Shown here piece by piece: positions 20,246 to 28,363 of a stretch of 64,000 bases of DNA (the stretch's first letter is position 1; each line of letters opens with the position of its first letter). A program made the translations under genes and the position numbers. Below the pieces are notes generated by a model. The model searched no databases, was not told the origin of the DNA, and was given only the letters and a program-made list of their open reading frames with translations. The stretch covers positions 128,001 through 192,000 of the forward strand of contig CAVWCF010000005.1 in NCBI GenBank assembly GCA_963753435.1, written 5' to 3'. The stretch comes from an uncultured Actinomycetota bacterium (GTDB lineage Bacteria > Actinomycetota > Actinomycetes > CAVWCF01).

Positions 20246-20262
20246 GGCCGTAAGTTAGCCGC

Positions 20263-21354
20263 GTGCCTTCAGCCGACGACATCCCCTCGCAGACTCCGGG
20301 CCTGGACCTGACCGGCGACGTCGTGGCGCTGGCCGCGGCGCTGGTGGACACCCCCTCGGTCAGCGGGACCGAAACGGCCCTCGCGGACGCGCTGGAAGCG
20401 GCCCTGCGCGCGGTTGGGCACCTGCAGGTGGATCGAGATGGTGACGCCGTCGTGGCGCGGACGGGCGGCGGCGGTGCTGGTCGGGTCCTGCTGGCCGGGC
20501 ACATCGACACAGTGCCTGCGGCCGCGAACCTGCCGGGGGTGTTGGCGGGTGAGCGGCTGGTCGGGCTCGGTTCGGCTGACATGAAGGGCGGCGTGGCGGT
20601 GCTGGCCCACTTGGCTGCGACTGTCTCGGCCCCTGCCCGCGGCGTGACGTACGTGTTCTACGACGGTGAGGAGATCGAAGAGGAGGCAAACGGCCTGCGG
20701 CGGCTGGCCCAGCGACACCCGGAGTGGTTGGCAGCGGACTTTGCCGTTTTGGCTGAACCGAGCAACGCCCAGGTGGAGGCCGGCTGCCAGGGAACCCTCC
20801 GCGTTGTGGTGCAGACCGAGGGACGGCGGGCGCACTCCGCCCGCTCCTGGCTGGGGGATAACGCGATCCATGCGTTGGCCGAGCCGTTGCGTCGATTGCA
20901 GGAGTACGTACCGCGTCAGCCGGTGATCAACGGCCTGCAGTACCGCGAAGGGCTGACCGCGGTTCGAATCGGCGGGGGTGTCGCCGGCAACGTGGTGCCG
21001 GACGCTGCGGAACTGACGGTGAACTACCGGTTCGCCCCGGACCGCTCGGCCGAGGAGGCCGTGGCGCACGTACGCGACGTTTTCGACGGTTTCGCGGTGG
21101 TGGTGACCGACTTGGCGGCCGGAGCCCTGCCGGGTCTGGACCGACCCGAAGCCGCCGCATTCCTGGATGCCGTGGGCGCCGACCCGGAGCCGAAACTCGG
21201 CTGGACGGACGTGGCCCGGTTCACCGAGTTGGGCATCCCGGCGGTCAACTACGGACCCGGCGATCCGGCCTTGGCCCACACGGCGGAGGAGTGGGTTTCG
21301 ACCGAGCAGATCCGTCAGTGCGCGGATCGGCTGCGGGCCTGGTTGACGACATGA
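20263..21354 (+). CDS. dapE: Succinyl-diaminopimelate desuccinylase
   Basis: [46 protein letters not shown]. Confidence 0.95.
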   Translation: MPSADDIPSQTPGLDLTGDVVALAAALVDTPSVSGTETALADALEAALRAVGHLQVDRDGDAVVARTGGGGAGRVLLAGHIDTVPAAANLPGVLAGERLVGLGSADMKGGVAVLAHLAATVSAPARGVTYVFYDGEEIEEEANGLRRLAQRHPEWLAADFAVLAEPSNAQVEAGCQGTLRVVVQTEGRRAHSARSWLGDNAIHALAEPLRRLQEYVPRQPVINGLQYREGLTAVRIGGGVAGNVVPDAAELTVNYRFAPDRSAEEAVAHVRDVFDGFAVVVTDLAAGALPGLDRPEAAAFLDAVGADPEPKLGWTDVARFTELGIPAVNYGPGDPALAHTAEEWVSTEQIRQCADRLRAWLTT

Positions 21355-21438
21355 CCCCCACCGCCCGGTCGGTTCGGTGCGGGGGAACCGGGCAGGGGGG
21401 TCACGCCTCGGAGGTGGTTCGGGGGCTCGGGGTGGGTG

Positions 21439-21999
21439 TCAGGCCTTTACCGCGGAGATGTCCAGGTCGATGCGGACCTTGTCGCTGACGAGGACGCCGC
21501 CGGCCTCAAGGGCCACGTTCCAGGTCAGGCCGAAGTCCTTGCGGCTGATGGTCGTGCTGCCTTCGAATCCGGCGCGGGTCGCGCCGAACGGGTCCACCGA
21601 AACGCCGGTCGGTTCCGCGTCGATCTCTACGCGGCGGGTCGTCCCGCGAATCGTGAGGTCACCGATGAGGACGAAGCTGTCCCCGTCGACGCGCACCTCG
21701 GTGGAGGAGAAGTTCAGCGTCGGGAAGTTCTCCACATCCAGGAAGTCCGCGGAGCGCACGTGGGTATCGCGGTCCTCGCTCCCGCTGGTGAAGGACGCCG
21801 CCTGGATCTCGACGGTGGCAGTGGAGCGGCTCGGCTCGACGCCATCGAGCACAAGAGTGCCGCTGAAGTCATTGAACTGGCCACGGACGGTGGCGACCAT
21901 CGCGTGCTTGGCGCGGAAGCCAAGGCGAGTGTGGGCGGTGTCCAGGTTCCAGGTGCCGCTGTACTCGGTCAGGGCGGGGGCGACGGTGGTGGCGGTCAA
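21439..21999 (-). CDS. YceI family polyisoprenoid-binding protein
   Basis: GTWNLDTAHTRLGF, RDTHVRSADF, GDLTIRG, ISRKDFGLTWN; AAGGAG RBS upstream of TTG 21999. Confidence 0.93.
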   Translation of the reverse strand: MTATTVAPALTEYSGTWNLDTAHTRLGFRAKHAMVATVRGQFNDFSGTLVLDGVEPSRSTATVEIQAASFTSGSEDRDTHVRSADFLDVENFPTLNFSSTEVRVDGDSFVLIGDLTIRGTTRRVEIDAEPTGVSVDPFGATRAGFEGSTTISRKDFGLTWNVALEAGGVLVSDKVRIDLDISAVKA

Positions 22000-22017
22000 C
22001 TCGGGCTCCTTCGGTAG

Positions 22018-22056
22018 TAGTTGAACTATCAATGACATTAGTTGAACACACAACCA
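22018..22056. promoter_or_regulatory. Two tandem 18-bp imperfect palindromes resembling MarR/RosR operators
   Basis: TAGTTGA-ACTA-TCAATGA (22018-22035) and TAGTTGA-ACAC-ACAACCA (22039-22056), AT-rich, directly upstream of yceI. Confidence 0.7.
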
Positions 22057-22090
22057 CCCGAGAGCGCAACTCGAGCCGTAGGGTCCGACC

Positions 22091-23005
22091 ATGAGTTCGT
22101 CCGAAGAGTCGGCCGAGTTGCCTGCCCGGCGGGCGGGGGAACCGGTTCCGGATGCCCCCATCCCGGGCGACCCGGCCACGCCCGGCGAGCGTCCGGACGT
22201 GCCGGCGCGCATGCGGGGTCCGGTGTTGATGCGCGGCGCCCAGGTATTGCCGTCGACCACCGACCAACGACTGCTGGACTCTCGCGGCGCGGGGGACTGG
22301 GTCCACACCGATCCGTGGCGGGTGCTGCGGATACAGGCGGAGTTCGTGGAGGGTTTCGGCCTGCTCGCCGAACTCGGCCAGGCGGTCGCAGTCTTCGGCT
22401 CGGCGCGCACGATGCGCAACGAGCCCGGGTACGCCGAGGGGATGCTGCTGGGCCGGCTGATCGCCGAAGCCGGCTATTCAGTGATAACCGGTGGGGGACC
22501 CGGTGTCATGGAGGCAGCAAATCGGGGGTGCGTGGAGGCCGGCGGTACGTCGGTCGGCCTCGGAATCGAGTTGCCCTTCGAGCAGGGAATCAACGACTGG
22601 GTAGACCTCGGGATCACCTTCAGATACTTCTTCGTTCGCAAGACGATGTTCATGAAGTACAGCCAGGGCTTCGTCGTGCTCCCTGGCGGATTCGGCACCC
22701 TGGATGAGTTGTTCGAGGCGCTGACCCTGGTGCAGACCAGCAAGGTGACCAGGTTCCCGATCGTCCTGGTAGGTGCCGACTACTGGTCGGGGTTGTTGGC
22801 CTGGTTGCGTCAAACCGTTGCCGCTGAGGGGAAGATCGCCGAAGTCGACCTGGACTTGCTGCACGTGGTGGACGACGTGGCAGCAGCCGTTGACTTGATC
22901 GTCAATGCGCATCGCGACGGACTGGAGTTCGCAGCCGAGGAGCGGGCGGCGTACGAGGCGCTCGCCGCCGCGGAGCGCCGCGCCGCACAACACGACGGGA
23001 ACTGA
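22091..23005 (+). CDS. LOG family (TIGR00730) nucleotide phosphoribohydrolase
   Basis: VFGSAR, TGGGPGVMEAAN, RYFFVRK, PGGFGTLDE. Confidence 0.92.
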   Translation: MSSSEESAELPARRAGEPVPDAPIPGDPATPGERPDVPARMRGPVLMRGAQVLPSTTDQRLLDSRGAGDWVHTDPWRVLRIQAEFVEGFGLLAELGQAVAVFGSARTMRNEPGYAEGMLLGRLIAEAGYSVITGGGPGVMEAANRGCVEAGGTSVGLGIELPFEQGINDWVDLGITFRYFFVRKTMFMKYSQGFVVLPGGFGTLDELFEALTLVQTSKVTRFPIVLVGADYWSGLLAWLRQTVAAEGKIAEVDLDLLHVVDDVAAAVDLIVNAHRDGLEFAAEERAAYEALAAAERRAAQHDGN

Positions 23006-23130
23006 CCCGAGCGGTGCAGCCCCTTGGCCCGCCACGTCGGCGGTGACTTCTCAGTGCAACCACCACGTGGGCCCCACCGTTTCCGGCGAGGCCCACGTGA
23101 AGGGGAGGGGTAAGGGGTAGCTGCTGCGGC

Positions 23131-23679
23131 TCAGGTGGCGTCTTCGGAGGAGTCGTTGCCTGGCCTGCCGAACCCGGGACCTTCTGGCCCGTCCGGTGCA
23201 TCGGCAGGTCGGATGCCAACGCGGGCGGCGGTATCGGTGTCACCGCTGTCGCCGCTGCCAACGCGGACGTTGTCACCGACCTCAATGTCGGCCACCGTGG
23301 CCTCGTCGCGGCCCTCGTGAACCTTCGTGTCACTGGTCAAGGTCCACGTCTTGGTGAAGCCGTCGCTGCTCTTGACGGTGAGCGAGTCGGAACTCACAGC
23401 GGTGACCTCGCCGCGTTGTACCGCGACGTTGACGGCATCGCCGTCCTCGTTCTCGACCACGAGATCGCCGTGCAACATCCGCTGTCTGATCTCGCCGCCC
23501 GGTCCGTGCATGCGGCCACGGTCGGGTCGCTGTTCGCCGGACTGGGTCACGGCCTGCCCGGCGCGATCGGCAGGGGAGGTCGTGTTGGAGCCGGCGAATG
23601 CAACACCGGTCAGCGCTGTGGCGGCAATGGCTCCCGCTGCGGCCCAGGCAATCGCTTTGCCGGTCGCTTTGGTGTCCAT
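23131..23679 (-). CDS. Secreted protein with small beta-barrel (DUF5666-like) domain
   Basis: Signal-peptide-like N-terminus ending AFA; GEVTAVSSDSLTV...DIEVGDNVRV pattern; AAGGGAG RBS. Confidence 0.7.
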   Translation of the reverse strand: MDTKATGKAIAWAAAGAIAATALTGVAFAGSNTTSPADRAGQAVTQSGEQRPDRGRMHGPGGEIRQRMLHGDLVVENEDGDAVNVAVQRGEVTAVSSDSLTVKSSDGFTKTWTLTSDTKVHEGRDEATVADIEVGDNVRVGSGDSGDTDTAARVGIRPADAPDGPEGPGFGRPGNDSSEDAT

Positions 23680-23769
23680 GATTCGCTCCCTTCTTGGTGT
23701 GCGGTCAATCAGGACTATGCCGCCGGCACCTTCGGATCCGGTGTCGGCAGTGTTCGGGTTGGGTAAGCG

Positions 23770-24621
23770 CTAAGCCAGCCCGCGGATTGCGCGCGCGGGG
23801 TCTCGTTCGCCGCGGATGGACGCGACCATGTCGAGTGCCTGCCGGGTAGCAGCGACATCATGCACGCGGAAGACCCGGGCCCCCAGCCACGCGCAAACCG
23901 CCGTGGCCGCCAGGGTCCCGGGCAGCCGCTCCGCGACCGGAAGATCCAGCGTCTCACCGATGAAGTCCTTGCGACTCAGGGAGACCAGCACGGGCCACCC
24001 CGTGGCCACCATCTCCGCGAGTCGGCGGGTTACCTCCAGCGAGTGCCGGGTGTTCTTGCCGAAGTCGTGGCCGGGGTCAATCAGCACGCGCTCAGCGTCG
24101 ACACCCAGCGAGACCGCGCGTTCGGCCAGGCGCACCGTCCGGCGCAGTACGTCGGCCATCACGTCGTCGTAGCCGACCCGGTGCGGTCGGGTGCGAGGGG
24201 CCAGGCCACCGGCGTGGGTGCAGACCAGACCGACGTTGTGGCGGGCCGCCACCGCGGCCAGGTCCGGGTCGTAGCCGCCCCACGCGTCGTTGAGCAGATC
24301 GGCGCCCGCGGCACAGGCGACCTCGCCGACTTCGGCTCGCCAGGTGTCGACGCTGATGACGGCCTGGTCGAATCGGGCGCGCACGTCTGCGACGAACGAC
24401 CCGACCCGGTCGATCTCTTCGGCGGGTGTCACCTCCCGACCCGGTCCGGCCTTGACCCCACCGATGTCGACGATGTCCGCACCGGCCGCTAGCGCCGCCT
24501 CGATTGCCCGCATCGCCTCGTCGTCGCGTGGGGTCCTGGCGGCCTCGAAGAATGAGTCCGGGGTGCGGTTGATGATGGCCATGATTGCCGTGCCGCCGAA
24601 TTCGTGACGTCCCAGTCGCAC
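23770..24621 (-). CDS. folP: Dihydropteroate synthase-like protein (FolP2 type)
   Basis: MAIINRTPDSF, DIGGVKAGPG, SVDTWR, DPGHDFGKNT, SRKDF, FRVHDV; AAGGAG RBS before GTG 24621. Confidence 0.9.
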   Translation of the reverse strand: MRLGRHEFGGTAIMAIINRTPDSFFEAARTPRDDEAMRAIEAALAAGADIVDIGGVKAGPGREVTPAEEIDRVGSFVADVRARFDQAVISVDTWRAEVGEVACAAGADLLNDAWGGYDPDLAAVAARHNVGLVCTHAGGLAPRTRPHRVGYDDVMADVLRRTVRLAERAVSLGVDAERVLIDPGHDFGKNTRHSLEVTRRLAEMVATGWPVLVSLSRKDFIGETLDLPVAERLPGTLAATAVCAWLGARVFRVHDVAATRQALDMVASIRGERDPARAIRGLA

Positions 24622-24741
24622 GATGTGTCTCCTTCGGGCGCATTCGGATCGGCGGCAGTCGGGCCTGGCGAACGGGCCGACCCGGCGATCATCCTGCCGT
24701 GCCCGACTGGCAACTGCGGCAGCCCGTGGCACGATCGTGGG

Positions 24742-25101
24742 GTGCCCTGGATCGAACTCATCGTCATCGCCGCCGTGCTGGTGGCCGTGGCGCTCATGGC
24801 AGGTGGACGTGGCGACGGTCTCGCCGCGGCCCCACCGGACCGCCCCGACCTGCTGGTGGAGTCGCAGTCGGGGCCGCTGACCGCCGAGCAAGTCAGGGAA
24901 GCGAGGTTCGGCGTCGGCTTTCGCGGGTACCGCATGGACGAGGTCGACGCCTTGTTGGACCGACTGGCCGCTCAACTACCCGAAGCGGACCTGACGGTCC
25001 CGGGCGATGCGGGCGATGCGGGCGATGCGGGCGATGCGGGCGATACGGGCGATACGGGCGACGCCACGTCGCCGCAACCGGATCTAGGGCCGCGGTCGTG
25101 A
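24742..25101 (+). CDS. Membrane-anchored DivIVA-domain protein
   Basis: N-terminal TM; RFGVGFRGYRMDEVDALLDRL. Confidence 0.85.
   Translation: MPWIELIVIAAVLVAVALMAGGRGDGLAAAPPDRPDLLVESQSGPLTAEQVREARFGVGFRGYRMDEVDALLDRLAAQLPEADLTVPGDAGDAGDAGDAGDTGDTGDATSPQPDLGPRS
25002..25064 (+). repeat. 9-bp tandem repeat, 7 copies (GGGCGATGC x4, GGGCGATAC x2, GGGCGACGC), encoding (GDA/GDT)7
   Basis: Read directly from the sequence. Confidence 0.95.
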
Positions 25102-25532
25102 AGCTCACGCTGCGAGTTGATGTCGCCGCGCCCCCGGAGGTGGTCTGGGACGTGGTGACTGACTGGGTTGGCCAAGGCGAATGGATGATGGCCACGACCG
25201 TGCGCGTCCTGGACGAGGAGCCCGGGGTCGGTCAGCGGATCGAGGCGTTCTCCGGCGTGGGTCGTTTAGGTGTGTGGGATTCCATGACGGTCACGCGTTG
25301 GGAGCCGCCGCGCCGAGTGGACGTGGTCCACACAGGTAGAGCCATCCGGGGGACTGGCGTGTTCGAGGTCGTTCCGGCGGGTGCGGGGTCGGTCTTCGTG
25401 TGGTCGGAGGATCTGGAGATCCCGATGGGGGCGATCGGTCGAGCCGGCTGGCCGCTGGTGCGCCCCGCGTTTGCCGCGGCCGTGCAGTCGTCGCTGCGCA
25501 AGATGGCGGTCATCGCCGAGTCCCGTGTCTGA
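25098..25532 (+). CDS. SRPBCC family protein
   Basis: VAAPPEVVWDVVTDW...WEPPRR; GTGA overlap with upstream gene. Confidence 0.85.
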   Translation: MKLTLRVDVAAPPEVVWDVVTDWVGQGEWMMATTVRVLDEEPGVGQRIEAFSGVGRLGVWDSMTVTRWEPPRRVDVVHTGRAIRGTGVFEVVPAGAGSVFVWSEDLEIPMGAIGRAGWPLVRPAFAAAVQSSLRKMAVIAESRV

Positions 25533-26109
25533 CCTGGACATCGGCGCGGACGGTCGGTCCCGCTGCTCCTGGGCCGGGTCAGCCCCCGAGTACGTCGAAT
25601 ACCACGACCGCGAGTGGGGTCGGCCTGTCCACGGCGACGAGGCTCTCTTTGAGCGACTCACGCTGGAGGCGTTTCAGTCGGGACTGTCCTGGCTCACGAT
25701 CCTGCGCAAGCGGGAGTCCTTTCGGGCGGCATTCGCCGGGTTCGAGATCGACGCCGTTGCCGCGTTCACGGACGCGGACCGCGACCGACTGCTGGCCGAC
25801 CCGGGGATCGTGCGCAACACCGCCAAGGTCAACGCCGCCATCGCCAACGCCAGGGCGGCTGCCGCGCTGCTAGACACCGACGGCGTCGGTGCGCTGGATG
25901 CGCTCGTCTGGTCGTTTCAGCCCAGTGCTGGCCCCGCGCCACGGCGGTTGGCCGACCTCCCAGCAGCGGTGCCGGAATCGGCCGCGCTCGCGAAGGAGTT
26001 GAAGCGGCGTGGGTTCGTGTTCGTCGGACCGACGACCATGTACGCGTTGATGCAGGCGGTCGGCATGGTCAACGACCACCTCGAGGGCTGCTACTGCCGA
26101 GCCGGCTGA
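25525..26109 (+). CDS. tag: DNA-3-methyladenine glycosylase I
   Basis: RCSW, YHDREWG, LEAFQSGLSWLTILRKR, FVGPTT, NDHLEGC. Confidence 0.95.
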   Translation: MSDLDIGADGRSRCSWAGSAPEYVEYHDREWGRPVHGDEALFERLTLEAFQSGLSWLTILRKRESFRAAFAGFEIDAVAAFTDADRDRLLADPGIVRNTAKVNAAIANARAAAALLDTDGVGALDALVWSFQPSAGPAPRRLADLPAAVPESAALAKELKRRGFVFVGPTTMYALMQAVGMVNDHLEGCYCRAG

Positions 26110-26117
26110 CGGGGTCA

Positions 26118-26154
26118 GCCCCGGGTCAGGAGTGACCGCCCCGGGTCAGGAGTG
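26118..26154. repeat. 17-bp direct repeat GCCCCGGGTCAGGAGTG, two copies
   Basis: 26118-26134 and 26138-26154; the second copy contains the stop codon of the MetE-like gene. Confidence 0.85.
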
Positions 26155-27243
26155 CCGTGCGCGCAAGGTCGCCGCAGCGGCTTCCATCGCGGTGATCTTG
26201 CCCAGCGCGGTCTCGCGGGGCAGGAACCACATGCCGCAGTCAGGGGCCAGGGCCAGTCGCCGCACGCCCAGAACCTCCAGCGCCGGTTCGGCGATGCGGA
26301 GTACGTCCGCCTCCGTCTCGACCGCGGCTTCGGTGTCGAGGTTCAGGACCCCCACGGCAACGCGCTTGTCCCCGGCTCGCTGCAGCAGGTCCGCGGAGTG
26401 GCCCGGCTGGGCGAATTCCAGCGAGATCTCATCGGCGGCCGTGCCCGCCAACAACTCCAGGGCGTCCCCGTACACGGGGGTGCTGCGCTTCTCGGCGATG
26501 TTGCGCGAGTACCCGTAGCACATGTGCACCGCCGTCTCGCATTCCACGCCCGCCAGCGCCCGGTCGATGGCCTCGACGGCGAAGTCGGCAACTTGGCTGT
26601 ACCGGAAGTGCACCTCCGGCTCGTCCAGCTGCACGACCGCAACCCCGGCCGCGGCGAGTGCACGCAACTCGGCGTTGATGGCGTCGGCGACCGCGAACGC
26701 CAACTCGGCACGGGACCCGTAGTGCTCGTCGACCAGCCGCAGCGACAGGGTGACCGGACCGATGGCGGTCACCTTTGCCGGCCGGTTGGTGTGGCTGAGG
26801 AGGAAGTCGGTCGCTTCACCGAGCAGCGGCCCAGGCCACGTGATTGGCCCGGTCACCCGGGGCTGGGTGAACTTCGGCGGCGGCGCCGGCTTTCCCTCAG
26901 CATCCGACGTCACCGCCCGCTGCTTCATCTTCAGGTAGCCGGTGACGTCGCTGCTGAAGTCGGTCACCTCGCCGGGGTGAGCAACATCGATGCCGCCGAG
27001 TGCGTAGAAGTACCCGGAGAAGGACTGTCGGCGCTGTTCACCGTCGGTGACGCGGGTGAGCCCGGCCCGCTCCTGGTCGTAGACCGCCAGGCGTACCGCG
27101 TCGTCGAGAGCCTCCGGCAGGCGTTCGGCGGGCAGGCGCCACCACGAGCCCTCCGGGCCGTAGGCGAGGTCGTGGTCGGCCAACCATTGCGGCTTGCACC
27201 AGGAGCCAACGAGTTGCGTGGGGATCAGGTCGGGACCGGACAT
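26146..27243 (-). CDS. Single-domain cobalamin-independent methionine synthase-like (MetE C-terminal) Zn enzyme
   Basis: VGSW, TDGEQRR, GPVTL, QLDEP, HMCYG, LEFA, APDCG (His/Cys/Glu/Cys Zn ligands); about 365 aa. Confidence 0.87.
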   Translation of the reverse strand: MSGPDLIPTQLVGSWCKPQWLADHDLAYGPEGSWWRLPAERLPEALDDAVRLAVYDQERAGLTRVTDGEQRRQSFSGYFYALGGIDVAHPGEVTDFSSDVTGYLKMKQRAVTSDAEGKPAPPPKFTQPRVTGPITWPGPLLGEATDFLLSHTNRPAKVTAIGPVTLSLRLVDEHYGSRAELAFAVADAINAELRALAAAGVAVVQLDEPEVHFRYSQVADFAVEAIDRALAGVECETAVHMCYGYSRNIAEKRSTPVYGDALELLAGTAADEISLEFAQPGHSADLLQRAGDKRVAVGVLNLDTEAAVETEADVLRIAEPALEVLGVRRLALAPDCGMWFLPRETALGKITAMEAAAATLRARHS

Positions 27244-27376
27244 GGGCGGTGACCCTAGCGGCGAACCGGGTGCCGAATGCGGCCGCACCCGCCCGCGTCG
27301 CATCCGGGGTGCGCGATCAGGGATAATGGTTGTCCGCGCTCGCTCCGGCGACGCTGACGCACCGAAAGGGGACAGC

Positions 27377-27544
27377 ATGGCCGCCATGAAGCCTCGCACC
27401 GGGGACGGTCCGATGGAGGTCGCTAAGGAGGGGCGTGGCATCGTCATGCGCGTCCCGCTGGAGGGCGGCGGGCGCCTGGTCGTCGAGCTCAACGCCGCTG
27501 AGTGCACCGAGTTGAGCGAGTTGTTGGCGGCAGCCGTCAACTGA
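27377..27544 (+). CDS. DUF3117 family small protein
   Basis: MAAMKPRTGDGPMEVAKEGRGIVMRVPLEGGGRLVVEL, highly conserved actinobacterial sequence. Confidence 0.93.
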   Translation: MAAMKPRTGDGPMEVAKEGRGIVMRVPLEGGGRLVVELNAAECTELSELLAAAVN

Positions 27545-27556
27545 ACCGCTGACTGC

Positions 27557-27581
27557 AGGGGTGCCCGTGTCGGGCACCCCT
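27557..27581. terminator. Hairpin terminator between convergent DUF3117 and O-methyltransferase genes
   Basis: Perfect 11-bp stem AGGGGTGCCCG-TGT-CGGGCACCCCT. Confidence 0.75.
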
Positions 27582-27620
27582 TAGTCGTGTCCTGTCTCGG
27601 TTAACCGGCTCGTGGGCGGT

Positions 27621-28244
27621 TCAGCGCAACCGCGACACCAAGAGACCGGCACCAACTGGCAACAAGGTCGAGTCGAAGCGTTCGTCAACGAGCAGATCGC
27701 GAACCAACTCCCGCACCGCGACAGTGTCGGCGTCGCGTTGCGCCGGATCGGGGACCCGGTCGTGCCAAAGCGCATCGTGGGTGATCAACAGGCCCCCGGG
27801 CTTGAGCAGCCGAACCGATTCGGAGACGTAGTCGGCCATCGCCCGCGGATCCCGATTCAACAGAACCAACTCGTAGCCGGACGCCGTGAGGCGCGGTAGC
27901 ACCTCGGTTGGCCGACCGGGGATCAGGCGGGCGCGACGATGCGTGATGCCGGCTCGGTCGAAGGCCGCGCGCGCGACTCGGTGATGCTCGGCCTCCGGGT
28001 CGATGCTGGTCACGACGCCGTCCTCCCGCATCCCGGAAAGCAGCCAGAGGGCGGCCATGCCGGAACCAGTGCCCACCTCCACGACGTTTCGGGCATCCAC
28101 GAGGAGGGCGAATAGGCGCAGGGCCGCCCCCACCGAGGCGGACACGACGGGGAGGCCACTCTCCACCGCATCCGCTCGAGCGGCCGCGATTGCTTCGTTC
28201 TCCGGGATCGACTCGTCAGCGAATCCGCGCACGTCTGTGATCAC
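27621..28244 (-). CDS. SAM-dependent O-methyltransferase
   Basis: VVEVGTGSG, SIDPE, LLKPGG, VPDPAQRD. Confidence 0.9.
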   Translation of the reverse strand: MITDVRGFADESIPENEAIAAARADAVESGLPVVSASVGAALRLFALLVDARNVVEVGTGSGMAALWLLSGMREDGVVTSIDPEAEHHRVARAAFDRAGITHRRARLIPGRPTEVLPRLTASGYELVLLNRDPRAMADYVSESVRLLKPGGLLITHDALWHDRVPDPAQRDADTVAVRELVRDLLVDERFDSTLLPVGAGLLVSRLR

Positions 28245-28363
28245 CCGCGCAGCGTAATCGGGAAGGGTTAGGTGTTTGTGCGGGTTGTGTTCGGAAGCGG
28301 CCTCAGCAGATTCGCGATCGCCACAGTCATGGGAGCATTGGGTTCGTTGCAGAGAGGTGACCG

